Assembly: GCA_963815115.1 (NCBI GenBank)
Contig: CAWFFN010000009.1
Coordinates: 896,001 to 960,000, forward strand
DNA: 64,000 nucleotides
From: an uncultured delta proteobacterium
Lineage (GTDB): Bacteria > Desulfobacterota > Binatia > DP-6
Direction: 5' to 3'
A model generated the notes under the pieces. That model worked only from the letters and a program-made list of their open reading frames with translations, had not been told where the DNA came from and made no database searches. The translations under genes were made by a program, and so were the position numbers. Below, piece after piece: positions 30,388 to 41,243 of the stretch. The first letter of the stretch is position 1. Each line of letters starts with the position of its first letter.

Positions 30388-31308
30388 TCAGCCGACCAGC
30401 AGGGCCCGGGCGGCGCCGGGCGTTCGGATCGCCGCCGGCATGGACGGGGTGGTGTGGGCGATGCCGAGGCGGCCGCCCTTGTCCACCATGATGAGACCGG
30501 CGGCGGTGCGCAGACGCCCTCTCAGGTCGTCGAGCGCGGAGCGCGCGGCGGCGGCTACGTCGGCGCCCGATACCAGGTGCTCGAGCCCGACGCGCACGAG
30601 CCCGAGGCGGATGATCGCTTCCCCGGGGCCGGTGGCGGAACCCGCGCCGACCCTGTCGTCGGCGTAGGTTCCGGCACCGATCACCGCCGAGTCACCGATC
30701 CGGCCGCGCCGCTTGCCGGCGATGCCGCCGGTGGAGGTGGCCGCAGCGAGGCGCCCCCGGCCGTCGCACGCCACGGCCCCGACCGTCTCGCCGGGCGGCT
30801 GGCGGTGGTGGCGGGCACCGGCCGCGACGAGCGAGCGCGGCGCCACGGTGGGCAGCCCGAGCGCGCGCGCCCGCTGCACGGCGGAAGCGCCCACGACCAT
30901 CACTTCGCGCCCCTCCTCGAGCAGTGCCCGCGCGAGACGCACGGGATTGGTCACGCCCGCGACGGCGCCCACGGCGCCCGCCCGCAGCCTCGTTCCTTCC
31001 ATCGCCGAGGCATCGAGCTCGACGACGCCGTCCTCGGTGAGCACGGACCCAAGTCCGGCGTTGAAGTGCGGGTCGTCCTCGAGCACGACGACCGCGGCGA
31101 TCACGGCGTCGAGCGCGCTGCCGCCGGCCGCCAGCACGGCCCACCCCGCCTCGGCGGCCCGGGCCACGCCGGCGCGCCGCGCGGCGCGCTCCGCCCGACG
31201 TTCGCGGCCCGCGCCGCCGTGGACGGCGATGGCAGGTCCCCCGGCCCGCGCGCCAGGCGGCGCGCCCCGCACCGGACGTGCCCCACCGCTCGATGCGCGC
31301 GGGCTCAT
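30388..31308 (-). CDS. isoaspartyl peptidase/L-asparaginase (Ntn hydrolase)
   Basis: VHGGAG, LEDDPHFNAG, ETVGAVA, AATSTGG, GRIGDS, TGPGE. Confidence 0.9.
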   Translation of the reverse strand: MSPRASSGGARPVRGAPPGARAGGPAIAVHGGAGRERRAERAARRAGVARAAEAGWAVLAAGGSALDAVIAAVVVLEDDPHFNAGLGSVLTEDGVVELDASAMEGTRLRAGAVGAVAGVTNPVRLARALLEEGREVMVVGASAVQRARALGLPTVAPRSLVAAGARHHRQPPGETVGAVACDGRGRLAAATSTGGIAGKRRGRIGDSAVIGAGTYADDRVGAGSATGPGEAIIRLGLVRVGLEHLVSGADVAAAARSALDDLRGRLRTAAGLIMVDKGGRLGIAHTTPSMPAAIRTPGAARALLVG

Positions 31309-31406
31309 GGGCGGGAGTGTAGCGCCCGCTGCCGCCGCTGTCTCGGAATGCTCCGCTCGCTGGTGTAAGGGAGGGCGATCCGTTCACCGCGGACCAGGAG
31401 GGCAGG

Positions 31407-31741
31407 ATGGTCTTTCACGGAGTGGACACCAAGACGGTGTTCCGTCGCATGCGCGAGCTCGCGCCCGACGCCTATCGGGCCTGGCTCGAGTTCGATCAGA
31501 AGGCGTTCGCGCCGGGGGCGTTGCCGCCGAAAACCAAGGAGCTGATCGCCCTCGGGATCGCGCACGTCACCCAGTGTCCGTGGTGCATCGACGCGCACAC
31601 CAGGAAGGCCGCGACCGCCGGCTGCAGCGATGCGGAGATCGGCGAGGTCATCTTCGTCGCCATGGCGATGGCGGCGGGCGCCGCCTGGAGCCACGGCGGG
31701 CTGGCGCTCCAGTGCCTGGGCGAGCATCAGGCGGCCGCGAA

Positions 31742-31745
<4 letters not shown>
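31407..31745 (+). CDS. carboxymuconolactone decarboxylase / AhpD-like protein
   Basis: GALPPKTKELIAL, CPWCIDAH; AGGAGG RBS. Confidence 0.88.
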
Positions 31746-33451
<1,706 letters not shown>

Positions 33452-33458
33452 TGTCGAC

Positions 33459-34226
33459 GTGATCCGTCGCTCCACCGACAGCCTGCGGCACCGCCTGATC
33501 TTCGCCCTCGACGTCGACCGCCTGTCCGAGGCCGAGGGCCTGGTCGAGCTGCTCGCTCCCGAGGTCGGGACCTTCAAGGTGGGCAAGCAGCTCTTCCTGC
33601 AGGCCGGACCCGAAGTCGTCCGCATGGTGCATCGTCATGGCCGGGACGTCTTCCTGGACCTCAAGTTCCACGACATCCCCTCCACGGTCGCCAAGGCGGG
33701 CGTGGAGGCGGCCAGGCTCGGCGTCCGCTTCTTCGACGTGCACGCCTCGGGCAGCCTGCAGATGATGACGCGCACCCGGGCGGAGGTGGCGCGCGTCTGC
33801 CGGCGGGAGGGCCTCCGGCGGCCTCGCATCCTGGCCGTCACGGTGCTGACCAGCCTCGCGCGCCGCGACCTGCGGCTGGTCGGCGTCGACGGCGACGTCG
33901 AGCACCAGGTGGTCCGGCTGGCGCGCCTCGCCAGGCGCGCGGAGATGGACGGCGTCGTCGCCTCGCCCCTGGAGATCGCCCGGATCAGGCGCCAGGCGGG
34001 TCCCGGCTTCCTCATCGTCACGCCCGGAATCCGGCAGCCCGCGGCCGCGCTCGACGATCAGAAGCGCGTGCTGACGCCGGGCGAGGCGATGCGGGCGGGA
34101 GCCGACTACCTCGTCGTCGGCCGGCCGATCCGGGACGCGGCAGATCCCCTGGCCGTGGCGCGCGAGGTGCTCGCCGACATGGCCCGCGGGCTGCTCACCT
34201 CGCGAGCCCGCCCGGCGTCTTCGTGA
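33459..34226 (+). CDS. pyrF: orotidine-5'-phosphate decarboxylase
   Basis: FLDLKFHDIPSTV, VTVLTS, VTPGIR, DDQKR, VVGRPI. Confidence 0.95.
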   Translation: MIRRSTDSLRHRLIFALDVDRLSEAEGLVELLAPEVGTFKVGKQLFLQAGPEVVRMVHRHGRDVFLDLKFHDIPSTVAKAGVEAARLGVRFFDVHASGSLQMMTRTRAEVARVCRREGLRRPRILAVTVLTSLARRDLRLVGVDGDVEHQVVRLARLARRAEMDGVVASPLEIARIRRQAGPGFLIVTPGIRQPAAALDDQKRVLTPGEAMRAGADYLVVGRPIRDAADPLAVAREVLADMARGLLTSRARPASS

Positions 34227-34260
34227 GGTGGTTCGGGCGTCGACGAGCGGCTGTCTAGGG

Positions 34261-34283
34261 ACGATGCCACCGCATCGTTGACA
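34261..34283 (+). promoter_or_regulatory. palindrome ACGATGC-N4-GCATCGT abutting TTGACA; candidate PhaR operator
   Basis: Perfect 7-4-7 palindrome with a TGC-N4-GCA core, directly upstream of the phaR-like gene. Confidence 0.45.
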
Positions 34284-34355
34284 TCCAAGGCTGAATCAAG
34301 GTCTCTGGCCTCACGCTGGTTTACGCGTCTGACGCCCTGTGATAACCCCGAGGCG

Positions 34356-34910
34356 ATGCCGCGCCTCGTCAAGCGGTACAGCAATCGCAAGCTGTACGAC
34401 ACGAGCGAGAGTCGCTACGTGACGCTCGACGAGATCGCGCGCTGGGTGAAGGGCGGCGAGGAGGTGAAGATCCTCGAGAACGAGAGCGGCGAGGATCTCA
34501 CGGCGGTGACCTTCGCGCAGATCATCCTCGAGGAGGAGCGCAAGAAGAACGGGCTGCTCTCGCTGCGCGTGATGCGGGAGCTCATCCAGCACGGCGAGTC
34601 CGCGCTCCAGGGGATCGCCGCCACCGTCGACCGCGGCATGGAGGCCATCCGCCCCGCCGCCGAGGCGGCGCGCACGCGCGTCCAGGAAGGCGTCCAGGGC
34701 CTGACGTCGATCGGTGACCGGCTCACCGAGATCCAGCGCAACTTCGACGAGGTGGTGCGCCGGCAGGTCGAGAAGGTGACGTCGAGCCCGACGCTCCAGC
34801 GCGAGCTGAAGCGCATCGAGCGCACGGCGCGCATGCTCGAGGCGCGCATAGCCCGGCTGCGTCCCGGCAGCGACGACGATCCGACGCGCAACGGCACCGG
34901 CCAGCCCTGA
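34356..34910 (+). CDS. polyhydroxyalkanoate synthesis regulator (PhaR-type DNA-binding domain)
   Basis: VKRYSNRKLYDTSESRYVTL...GEDLT..T.AQII.EEE. Confidence 0.85.
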   Translation: MPRLVKRYSNRKLYDTSESRYVTLDEIARWVKGGEEVKILENESGEDLTAVTFAQIILEEERKKNGLLSLRVMRELIQHGESALQGIAATVDRGMEAIRPAAEAARTRVQEGVQGLTSIGDRLTEIQRNFDEVVRRQVEKVTSSPTLQRELKRIERTARMLEARIARLRPGSDDDPTRNGTGQP

Positions 34911-34918
34911 CGGCTGGC

Positions 34919-35758
34919 TCAGCGCGCCAGGAACACGGGCGCTCCGCTGTTGCGGAGCACGTACTCGGTGGTGCTCCCGAGCACCATCTCGATGATGCGC
35001 GAGTGGCCGTAGGCGCCGATGAAGAGCAGGTCGAAGCGCCCGTCGCGCAGCACGTCGACGATGCGCTGGTGCGGCGGACCGGTGAGCGGCTTCGGCGTCA
35101 CGGGCACGTCGTACGACTGCAGGTAGCGCTGCGCCTCGGCGAGCACCCGGCCGCCTTCGCTGCCGTCGTCGCGGGAGACGTGCACGACGGTGAGCGGCAG
35201 CTGGAGGGAGCTCGTCACCTCCGCCGCAGCATGGAGCGCCGCGCTCGCCCGCTGCGAGCCGTCGTATGCCAGGAGCGGGCGACCGATCTCGTGGAACTGG
35301 AGTGGCGTCACCAGGACGGGCTTCGGGCTCTTGCGGGTGACCGATTCCGTCGTGCTGCCGAGCAAGCCGCTGGAGAACTGCTCGTTCACTCCGCGGTGGC
35401 CGACGACCACCAGGTCGGCGGTGCGGGCCTGGTCGCAGATCTCGTTCGCCACGATCCCCATGGGAAGCGCCGTGTCGTGCGCGATGCCTTCCGTCTCGCA
35501 CCGGGCGGTGAAGGCGTCGAGGAGCACGCGCCCGCGCTCCTGCAGGGCCTCGCGCATCTTCGACGAGAAGTCGAGGTAGGGCTCGAAGCCGAGGGAGCCC
35601 GACACGTCGTGCAGGAACGACCCCTCGATCGAGACGATGTCCAGGACGTGGAGACCGATCAGGCGGGCTTGCAGCCGGCGCGCCAGCCAGAGCGCATGCT
35701 CGAGCGCGCTGTCGGCGTGCTGAGACCCGTCGAGCGCGACCAGGATGCTCTTGATCAT
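34919..35758 (-). CDS. tandem-domain universal stress protein
   Basis: ILVALDGS, DLVVVG..G....LGSTTESV, LAYDGS, GAYGHSR...LGSTTEYV. Confidence 0.92.
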   Translation of the reverse strand: MIKSILVALDGSQHADSALEHALWLARRLQARLIGLHVLDIVSIEGSFLHDVSGSLGFEPYLDFSSKMREALQERGRVLLDAFTARCETEGIAHDTALPMGIVANEICDQARTADLVVVGHRGVNEQFSSGLLGSTTESVTRKSPKPVLVTPLQFHEIGRPLLAYDGSQRASAALHAAAEVTSSLQLPLTVVHVSRDDGSEGGRVLAEAQRYLQSYDVPVTPKPLTGPPHQRIVDVLRDGRFDLLFIGAYGHSRIIEMVLGSTTEYVLRNSGAPVFLAR

Positions 35759-35864
35759 GGTGCAGCCTCCGATCCGGCTCTAACCCGGGGCCGGCAGGCA
35801 CGCAAGGACCTACGCGCTGCGCGCCCGCTTGCAAACGTCCGGCCGCCTCGCCAAAACGTGCGCG

Positions 35865-36149
35865 GTGAGCCGTCGCGACGAGACGCTGTGCGAGGAGCTG
35901 AAGGAGCTCGCGACGCGGCTCGGGCTGCGCGTTCGCGAAGAGATCCTGCTGCGTGAGGTCGGGTACCGCGTACGCAGTGGCCTGTGCCGCGTGCGCGGCG
36001 AGGACGTGCTCTTCCTCGATCGCAACCTCTCTCCGGGCGAGCGTCTCGAGGTCTTGCTGGGAGCGCTCGGCGGGATGGACATCGATGCGCACTACGTGTC
36101 GCCCGCGCTCCGCCACGTGCTGGAACGGCGCGGCAGCACCGCCGCCTAG
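35865..36149 (+). CDS. conserved hypothetical small protein
   Basis: ELATRLGLRVREE...SGLCRVRG...LDRNL...YVSPALR; 9 nt upstream of fur. Confidence 0.65.
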   Translation: MSRRDETLCEELKELATRLGLRVREEILLREVGYRVRSGLCRVRGEDVLFLDRNLSPGERLEVLLGALGGMDIDAHYVSPALRHVLERRGSTAA

Positions 36150-36158
36150 GATCGGGCC

Positions 36159-36638
36159 ATGGTTCGCGCCCGCATGCGGCTCTTCGAGCAGGCGTTGCGC
36201 GAGCGGGGTCTCAAGTCGACCGCGCAGCGCGACGACATCGCGCGCGCGTTCTTCGGCGCCGCCGAGCACCTCTCGGTCGAGGAGCTGCACGCGGCGGTGA
36301 AGAAGGTGAACCCGCGCGTCGGCTACGCGACCGTCTACCGGACGCTGAAGCTGCTGAAGGAGTGCGGGCTCGCCGACGAGCGCCATTTCGACGACGGGCA
36401 GGCCCGCTACGAGCCCACCGAGGCTGCGGAGCAGCACCACGACCACATCATCTGCGAGCGCTGCGGCAAGATCGTCGAGTTCAACAGCGACGAGCTGGAG
36501 AAGCTCCAGGAGCGCATCGCGCGCTTCCTCGGTTTCGTCGTGAGCCGCCATCGCATGGAGCTCTACGGCATCTGCGCGGAATGCCGCGAGGGCCGGCGAA
36601 GCGCCGGTCGGGCGCCGCGCGGCGTGCAGCAAGTCTAG
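36159..36638 (+). CDS. fur: ferric uptake regulator family protein
   Basis: GLKSTAQR, HLSVEEL, ATVYRTL, HHDHIICERCG, GICAEC. Confidence 0.9.
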   Translation: MVRARMRLFEQALRERGLKSTAQRDDIARAFFGAAEHLSVEELHAAVKKVNPRVGYATVYRTLKLLKECGLADERHFDDGQARYEPTEAAEQHHDHIICERCGKIVEFNSDELEKLQERIARFLGFVVSRHRMELYGICAECREGRRSAGRAPRGVQQV

Positions 36639-36729
36639 CGCTAGTCTAGCGCGCCGCCGGCATCAGTGTCCGAGGACGTGCCCGAGCTGGCGGCCGAGCT
36701 CCACCGGCCCACCCCGGGGAGCCTGCTGA

Positions 36730-36775
36730 TTGACAGGGAAGGGCAACCCGAAGTAATTGAAAGTGACTTTCAAAA
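36730..36775 (+). promoter_or_regulatory. sigma70 promoter overlapped by a Fur-box-like palindrome
   Basis: TTGACA at 36730-36735 and TAATTG near 36754; perfect 8-1-8 palindrome TTGAAAGT-G-ACTTTCAA at 36757-36773. Confidence 0.8.
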
Positions 36776-36789
36776 TCGAGCATCTCCGA

Positions 36790-38943
36790 ATGCCCGCACC
36801 CTCCCTGCTCCGCCGCCTCCTGCCGCTCGTCCTGACGCTCGGGTGCGTGGTCGCGCCGGTGTCCTCGCGCGCGGCGGGCGAGGACGCGACCGCCGACACG
36901 CGACGGCTTCTCACGCTGCTCGCGGGGATACGCGGCGAGTACCATGAGGCCTTCGACGCCCGGGGCAACGTCAGCCGCTCCATCGAGATCGAGGAAGCGA
37001 AGCTGCTGCTGGCCGAGGCGCGCGATCTGAACGCCCGCCTCACCCTGGTCGATCCCGCCGCGCTCGACGCCGTCGCCCGGGACATCGAGCAGCACGCTCC
37101 CGCGAGCGCGCTCGGGCCGCGGATCGAGGCGATCGCGACGGGCATCACGGCGCGCACCGGGATCCGCGACGACCCCCTCGCGCCGGAGCCGCCCTCCGCG
37201 GTGCGGGGACAGGTGGTCTTCAGCGAGAACTGCGCCGGCTGCCACGGGGCAACCGGTGACGGCGGAGGCACCGAAGCGCGCCGCCTGGGGTTGGCGCCCG
37301 CCAACTTCGCGAACCCCGCCTTCATGCGCGGCGAGACTCCGCGCGACCACTTCAACGTGGTCTCGCTCGGTCGCCGTCGCTCGGGCATGCCCGAATGGGC
37401 GGACGCTCTCAGCGTGCAACAGCGCTGGGACGCGGTCAGCTACCTCTGGACCCTGGCGCATCCCCGACCGGCGCTGCTCGAGGGCCAGCAGCTCTACCAG
37501 GAGAACTGCGCGGGCTGTCACGGTGCCGACGGGGCGGGACACGGCCCGCGGGCCGCCGCGCTGTCGGGCCGGATGCCCGACTTCCACCGGCCGGGAAGCC
37601 TGATCGATCGGACGGACACCCAGCTGCTGGGCGTCGTGAGCGACGGGGTCCCCGGCACCGCCATGGCCGCCTTCGGGGGAGCGCTGAGCGAGGACCAGCG
37701 CTGGAAGACCGTCGCCTGGGTGCGTGCCCTGTCGCTCGGCGGCGCGGAGCCGCCGGCGGCGGCGCCGGAGCGCGCGGAGAGGGCTACGGAGCCAGCGCAG
37801 CTCGCGGCCCGCACGAGCGCGGCGGTGGGAGAAGCCCACCGGCTGCTCGACGAGGCGATCGCAGCCCGCCGCCGCGGAGAGGCGGCGGCGGGAGCGATCG
37901 CCACCGACGCCTACATGCGCTTCGAGCCCTTCGAGAAGCGTCTCGGTGCGGTCGATCCGGGAGCGGTCGTCCGGGTCGAGGAGGGGTTCGTGCGCGTGCG
38001 TGGCGCGCTGCACGAGCCGGGCACCAGCGTGTCGCCCGCGCTGGAATCCGAGGTGGCCCAGCTGCACCGTCACCTCGATGCGGCGGTGGCCGTCCTCGGC
38101 GCGAGCGGAGGCGACTGGGCCCGCTTCGTCCAGTCCGCCGGCATCATCCTGCGCGAGGGCTTCGAGATCGTGCTGATCGTGGGCGCGCTGCTCGCGTACG
38201 TGCGCCGGAGCGGGCAGGTGTCGCTGGTCCGGCCGATTCACGCTGGCGTCGTCCTCGGCGTGCTCGCGAGCGTGGGCACCGCGGCGCTCCTCAGCACGGT
38301 GCTGCGGCTCTACCCGGGTGCGAGCGACGTGCTGGAGGGAGCGGCGATGCTGCTCGCCGCCGGCGTGCTCTTCTGGGTGAGCTACTGGCTCGTCGCGAAG
38401 GCCGGGGCCGACCGCTGGCAGCGCTTCATCCAGGGCAAGGTGAAGGACGCGATGGCCATGGGCAGCAGCACGGCGCTCGCCGTCGCCGCCTTCCTCGCGG
38501 TCTATCGCGAAGGCTTCGAGACCGTCCTCTTCTACCGCGCGCTGCTCGGTGGGGCGCCGACCGGCGACGTGATGATCGGTGCGGGATTCCTGTGCGGGCT
38601 CGTGGTGCTGGCCGCGCTGTGGGTCGGTCTGTCGCGGCTCGGGCTCCGCGTGCCGCTCGGACCGTTCTTCCTGGTGACGGGCGCGTTCCTCTACGCGATG
38701 GCGATCGTCTTCGCCGGCCGCGGCGTCTTCGAGCTGCAGGACGCGGGCGTCATCGGGGTCACGCCGGTGCCGTTCGTGCCGCGGATCCCGGTGCTCGGGC
38801 TCTTCCCGACGCTCGAAACCCTCGTCGCGCAGGGTGTGCTCGTCGCCGCGCTTCTCGTGGCCGGCGTGGTGACGTGGCGCCGCCGCCTCCATCCGCCCCG
38901 AGGTCTGGAGGCGCAGCTCGCGTCCGGAGGCGGCCGCGCGTGA
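36790..38943 (+). CDS. di-heme cytochrome c / FTR1-family iron permease fusion (PbrT-like)
   Basis: Signal peptide, two CAGCH heme motifs with distal Met candidates (SGMP, TAMA), two REGFE motifs in the TM domain. Confidence 0.9.
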   Translation: MPAPSLLRRLLPLVLTLGCVVAPVSSRAAGEDATADTRRLLTLLAGIRGEYHEAFDARGNVSRSIEIEEAKLLLAEARDLNARLTLVDPAALDAVARDIEQHAPASALGPRIEAIATGITARTGIRDDPLAPEPPSAVRGQVVFSENCAGCHGATGDGGGTEARRLGLAPANFANPAFMRGETPRDHFNVVSLGRRRSGMPEWADALSVQQRWDAVSYLWTLAHPRPALLEGQQLYQENCAGCHGADGAGHGPRAAALSGRMPDFHRPGSLIDRTDTQLLGVVSDGVPGTAMAAFGGALSEDQRWKTVAWVRALSLGGAEPPAAAPERAERATEPAQLAARTSAAVGEAHRLLDEAIAARRRGEAAAGAIATDAYMRFEPFEKRLGAVDPGAVVRVEEGFVRVRGALHEPGTSVSPALESEVAQLHRHLDAAVAVLGASGGDWARFVQSAGIILREGFEIVLIVGALLAYVRRSGQVSLVRPIHAGVVLGVLASVGTAALLSTVLRLYPGASDVLEGAAMLLAAGVLFWVSYWLVAKAGADRWQRFIQGKVKDAMAMGSSTALAVAAFLAVYREGFETVLFYRALLGGAPTGDVMIGAGFLCGLVVLAALWVGLSRLGLRVPLGPFFLVTGAFLYAMAIVFAGRGVFELQDAGVIGVTPVPFVPRIPVLGLFPTLETLVAQGVLVAALLVAGVVTWRRRLHPPRGLEAQLASGGGRA

Positions 38944-39497
38944 CGATCGCCATCCTGATGGCGATCGCCGTGCTCATGGCTTCACCGGGCCGGGCGCAGG
39001 AGGGCGTCTTCCTGAGCGAGGACCAGGCGCCGGCGGCGGTCTTTCCGGACGCCGACCACTTTGCGCGCTCCGAGGTCGAATCCACCCCGGCGCTCCGCGA
39101 GCGCATGAGCGCCCGGCTCGACGGCGTCCATCCTTCGTTGTGGGAGGAGCGCTACGTCGTCTTCACGGCGACGCGCGGTGCGACCCCGCTCGGCCAGGCC
39201 CTGGTCGTCGAGGAGATCGGCAAGCATCGGCCGATCACCTTCGTCGTCGGGCTCCGACCGGATCGCAGCGTCAACGACGTCGCCGTGATGGACTACCGGG
39301 AAGCCTACGGCGGCGAGGTCCGCAGCACGCGCTTCCTGCGCCAGTACCGCGGCAAGGGACCGGGCGACGCCCTGCGGCCCGGTGACGAGATCACCAGCAT
39401 CGCCGGTGCCACGCTGTCCGTGGAGGCGGCGAGCCGCGCCGTTCGCAAGGCCCAGGCCCTGTCGGCCGCGCTCGACCAGCCCGGAGGGCAGCGGTGA
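38940..39497 (+). CDS. extracytoplasmic FMN-binding (flavinylated) protein
   Basis: Signal peptide, IGKHRPITF, YREAYGGEV...FL.QY, IAGATLS flavinylation-type motif. Confidence 0.8.
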   Translation: MTIAILMAIAVLMASPGRAQEGVFLSEDQAPAAVFPDADHFARSEVESTPALRERMSARLDGVHPSLWEERYVVFTATRGATPLGQALVVEEIGKHRPITFVVGLRPDRSVNDVAVMDYREAYGGEVRSTRFLRQYRGKGPGDALRPGDEITSIAGATLSVEAASRAVRKAQALSAALDQPGGQR

Positions 39498-40495
39498 GCG
39501 CTCGGCTGCTGGCCGGGATGCTCGCCCTGCTGCCGCTGGCCGCGGCGGCTGCGCCGCAGACCCAGGTGCACTACGTCATGGGCACCTACCTGCGCATCAT
39601 CGCCGACGGCGACGGCGCGGCCGCGGGGATGGCGGCTTGCTTCCGGGAAGCCCGGCGACTCGAGCACGTCTTCTCGCGCTTCGACGCGACGAGCGAGCTG
39701 TCACGGCTGAACGCCGAGGCGGCCGAGGAGACGTGGCCCGCGAGCGACGACATGTCCCGCCTGCTCGATCGGTCGCGCGCGCTGGCCGACGCCACCGGCG
39801 GGGTGTTCGACGTCGCCGTCGGGCCGCTCACCGCGCTCTGGCGTCGCCCCGAGCCGCCCAGCCGGGCCGAGCTCGCGGCGGCGCGGGCGGCGACGGGCCG
39901 CGGCGCGTTTCGCGTGCGCGGCGGCCGCGTGACCCTGGCACCCGGAGCGCGGCTCGACCTCGACGGCGTCGCCAAGGGGTATGCCGTCGACGTGTGCGCC
40001 GGCCGCCTGCGCGCCGCCGGCGTGTCGCGCGCGCTGGTGAGCCTCGGCGAGAGCAGCCTCTACGCCCTCGGCACGCCTCCGGGTGCTGCCTACTGGCGGC
40101 TCGCGGTCCGCGGCCCGGATCCGGAGACCCAGGTCGGGTGGCTCGGGCTGCGTGACGTCGGCGCCTCCGTCTCCGCGACCTACGGGAGCACTGGACGACG
40201 CGCCGGAACGGTGGCGCACATCATCGACCCGCGCAGCGGGCGTCCGCTCGAGGACGACGCGGTGGCGGTCGTCGCCGCGTCCTCGGCCACCGACGCCGAG
40301 GGCTGGACCAAGGCGCTCCTCGTGTGGGGCCGGGGCGGAGTCGAGCGCGTTCGCCGGGGCGGCGCGAGGGCGGCGGTGCACGTGACCTCCGAAGCGGTCC
40401 GCGCCGACGTCGCGGGCGATGCCGGAGGCTCGGTCACGTGGGCGCGCTTGCCGGCGCCGCGGCGCATCGCCGCGCGCGAGGAGCCGCTCCGGTGA
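39494..40495 (+). CDS. apbE: FAD:protein FMN transferase (ApbE family)
   Basis: MGT, FS.F...SELSRLN, T.G.FD..VG.L..LW, DLDGVAKGYAVD, HIIDPRSG. Confidence 0.85.
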   Translation: MSARLLAGMLALLPLAAAAAPQTQVHYVMGTYLRIIADGDGAAAGMAACFREARRLEHVFSRFDATSELSRLNAEAAEETWPASDDMSRLLDRSRALADATGGVFDVAVGPLTALWRRPEPPSRAELAAARAATGRGAFRVRGGRVTLAPGARLDLDGVAKGYAVDVCAGRLRAAGVSRALVSLGESSLYALGTPPGAAYWRLAVRGPDPETQVGWLGLRDVGASVSATYGSTGRRAGTVAHIIDPRSGRPLEDDAVAVVAASSATDAEGWTKALLVWGRGGVERVRRGGARAAVHVTSEAVRADVAGDAGGSVTWARLPAPRRIAAREEPLR

Positions 40496-41004
40496 GGGTG
40501 TTCGGCTCTCCGGGCTTCCTCCTGAGCGACGCGCGCCTCGAGGTGCGGCTGGTCTACACCGGCTTCCTGGTGCTGGCGCTCGTCGGCATGGCGACCATGG
40601 CGCTCTTCCAGGTGAAGGCCATCGGCCCGGGGCCGGCGCAGATCGCCGCCTACTTCCGGGGCGGCGAGCGCAACGGCGCGATGACCTTCCAGAAGACGTT
40701 CCGCGAGCTGATCGAGCTGACGCACTTTCACGCCTTCGTGATGGGCCTGGTCTACCTGGTGATGGCGCACCTCGTGCTCGCGACCAGCGCCTCCGATACC
40801 GTCAAGCGCTTTGCCATCGTCCTCGCGTTCGCCGGCCTCGCCGGCGACGTGCTGGGCGTCTGGCTGATCCGCTACGTCTCGGGCGCGTTCGCGTATACGC
40901 AGGTGCTGAGCTGGATCGCCGAGTGGCTCGGCTTTTCGGCGTTCGTCTACTACCCGCTGAGAGAGATGTGGTTCCGTGAAGGACGCGGGGCGCGAACAAG
41001 CTGA
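40492..41004 (+). CDS. four-TM membrane protein with clustered histidines
   Basis: GTGA overlap with apbE; hydrophobic segments; ELTHFHAF...MAHL. Confidence 0.7.
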   Translation: MRVFGSPGFLLSDARLEVRLVYTGFLVLALVGMATMALFQVKAIGPGPAQIAAYFRGGERNGAMTFQKTFRELIELTHFHAFVMGLVYLVMAHLVLATSASDTVKRFAIVLAFAGLAGDVLGVWLIRYVSGAFAYTQVLSWIAEWLGFSAFVYYPLREMWFREGRGARTS

Positions 41005-41149
41005 GCACGATCTGCGCTGCCAGTGCGGGAGCCTGATGGCTCGCGTCACCGAAGCGGGCATCGAGCTCAAGTGCCGGCGCTGCAAGCGCGTCGTCGTGGT
41101 ACCGGTCAGGGGGATGACCGGCGACTGGATCGAGGTGTCGATGCGCTGA
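40976..41149 (+). CDS. Com-like zinc-ribbon small protein (57 aa)
   Basis: Translated by hand: MKDAGREQAEHDLRCQCGSLMARVTEAGIELKCRRCKRVVVVPVRGMTGDWIEVSMR, with CxC-G.L.A...IE.KCxxC; below the ORF-track cutoff. Confidence 0.75.
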   Translation: MKDAGREQAEHDLRCQCGSLMARVTEAGIELKCRRCKRVVVVPVRGMTGDWIEVSMR

Positions 41150-41192
41150 ACCGGCGCGACATCCGAGCCAGCGGCCAGCGGTCGACGAACCC

Positions 41193-41243
41193 AGAGCCCG
41201 GAGCGCGCGCACGGCGGAGCGCGCGTCCGGGCTCTTTCCGTTT
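41193..41243 (+). terminator. intra-operon terminator/attenuator-like hairpin
   Basis: AGAGCCCGGA(G)CGCGCGC-8 nt loop-GCGCGCG-TCCGGGCTCT followed by TTCCGTTT. Confidence 0.6.

Noticed and set aside
30713-31741. N-terminal extension of the 912-aa ORF containing proS
   Set aside because: The real start is the GTG at 31742; the upstream part overlaps the asparaginase and CMD genes
40976-41149. Mu-like prophage remnant suggested by the Com-like ORF
   Set aside because: No mom, transposase or structural phage genes nearby; the ORF is embedded in a host operon
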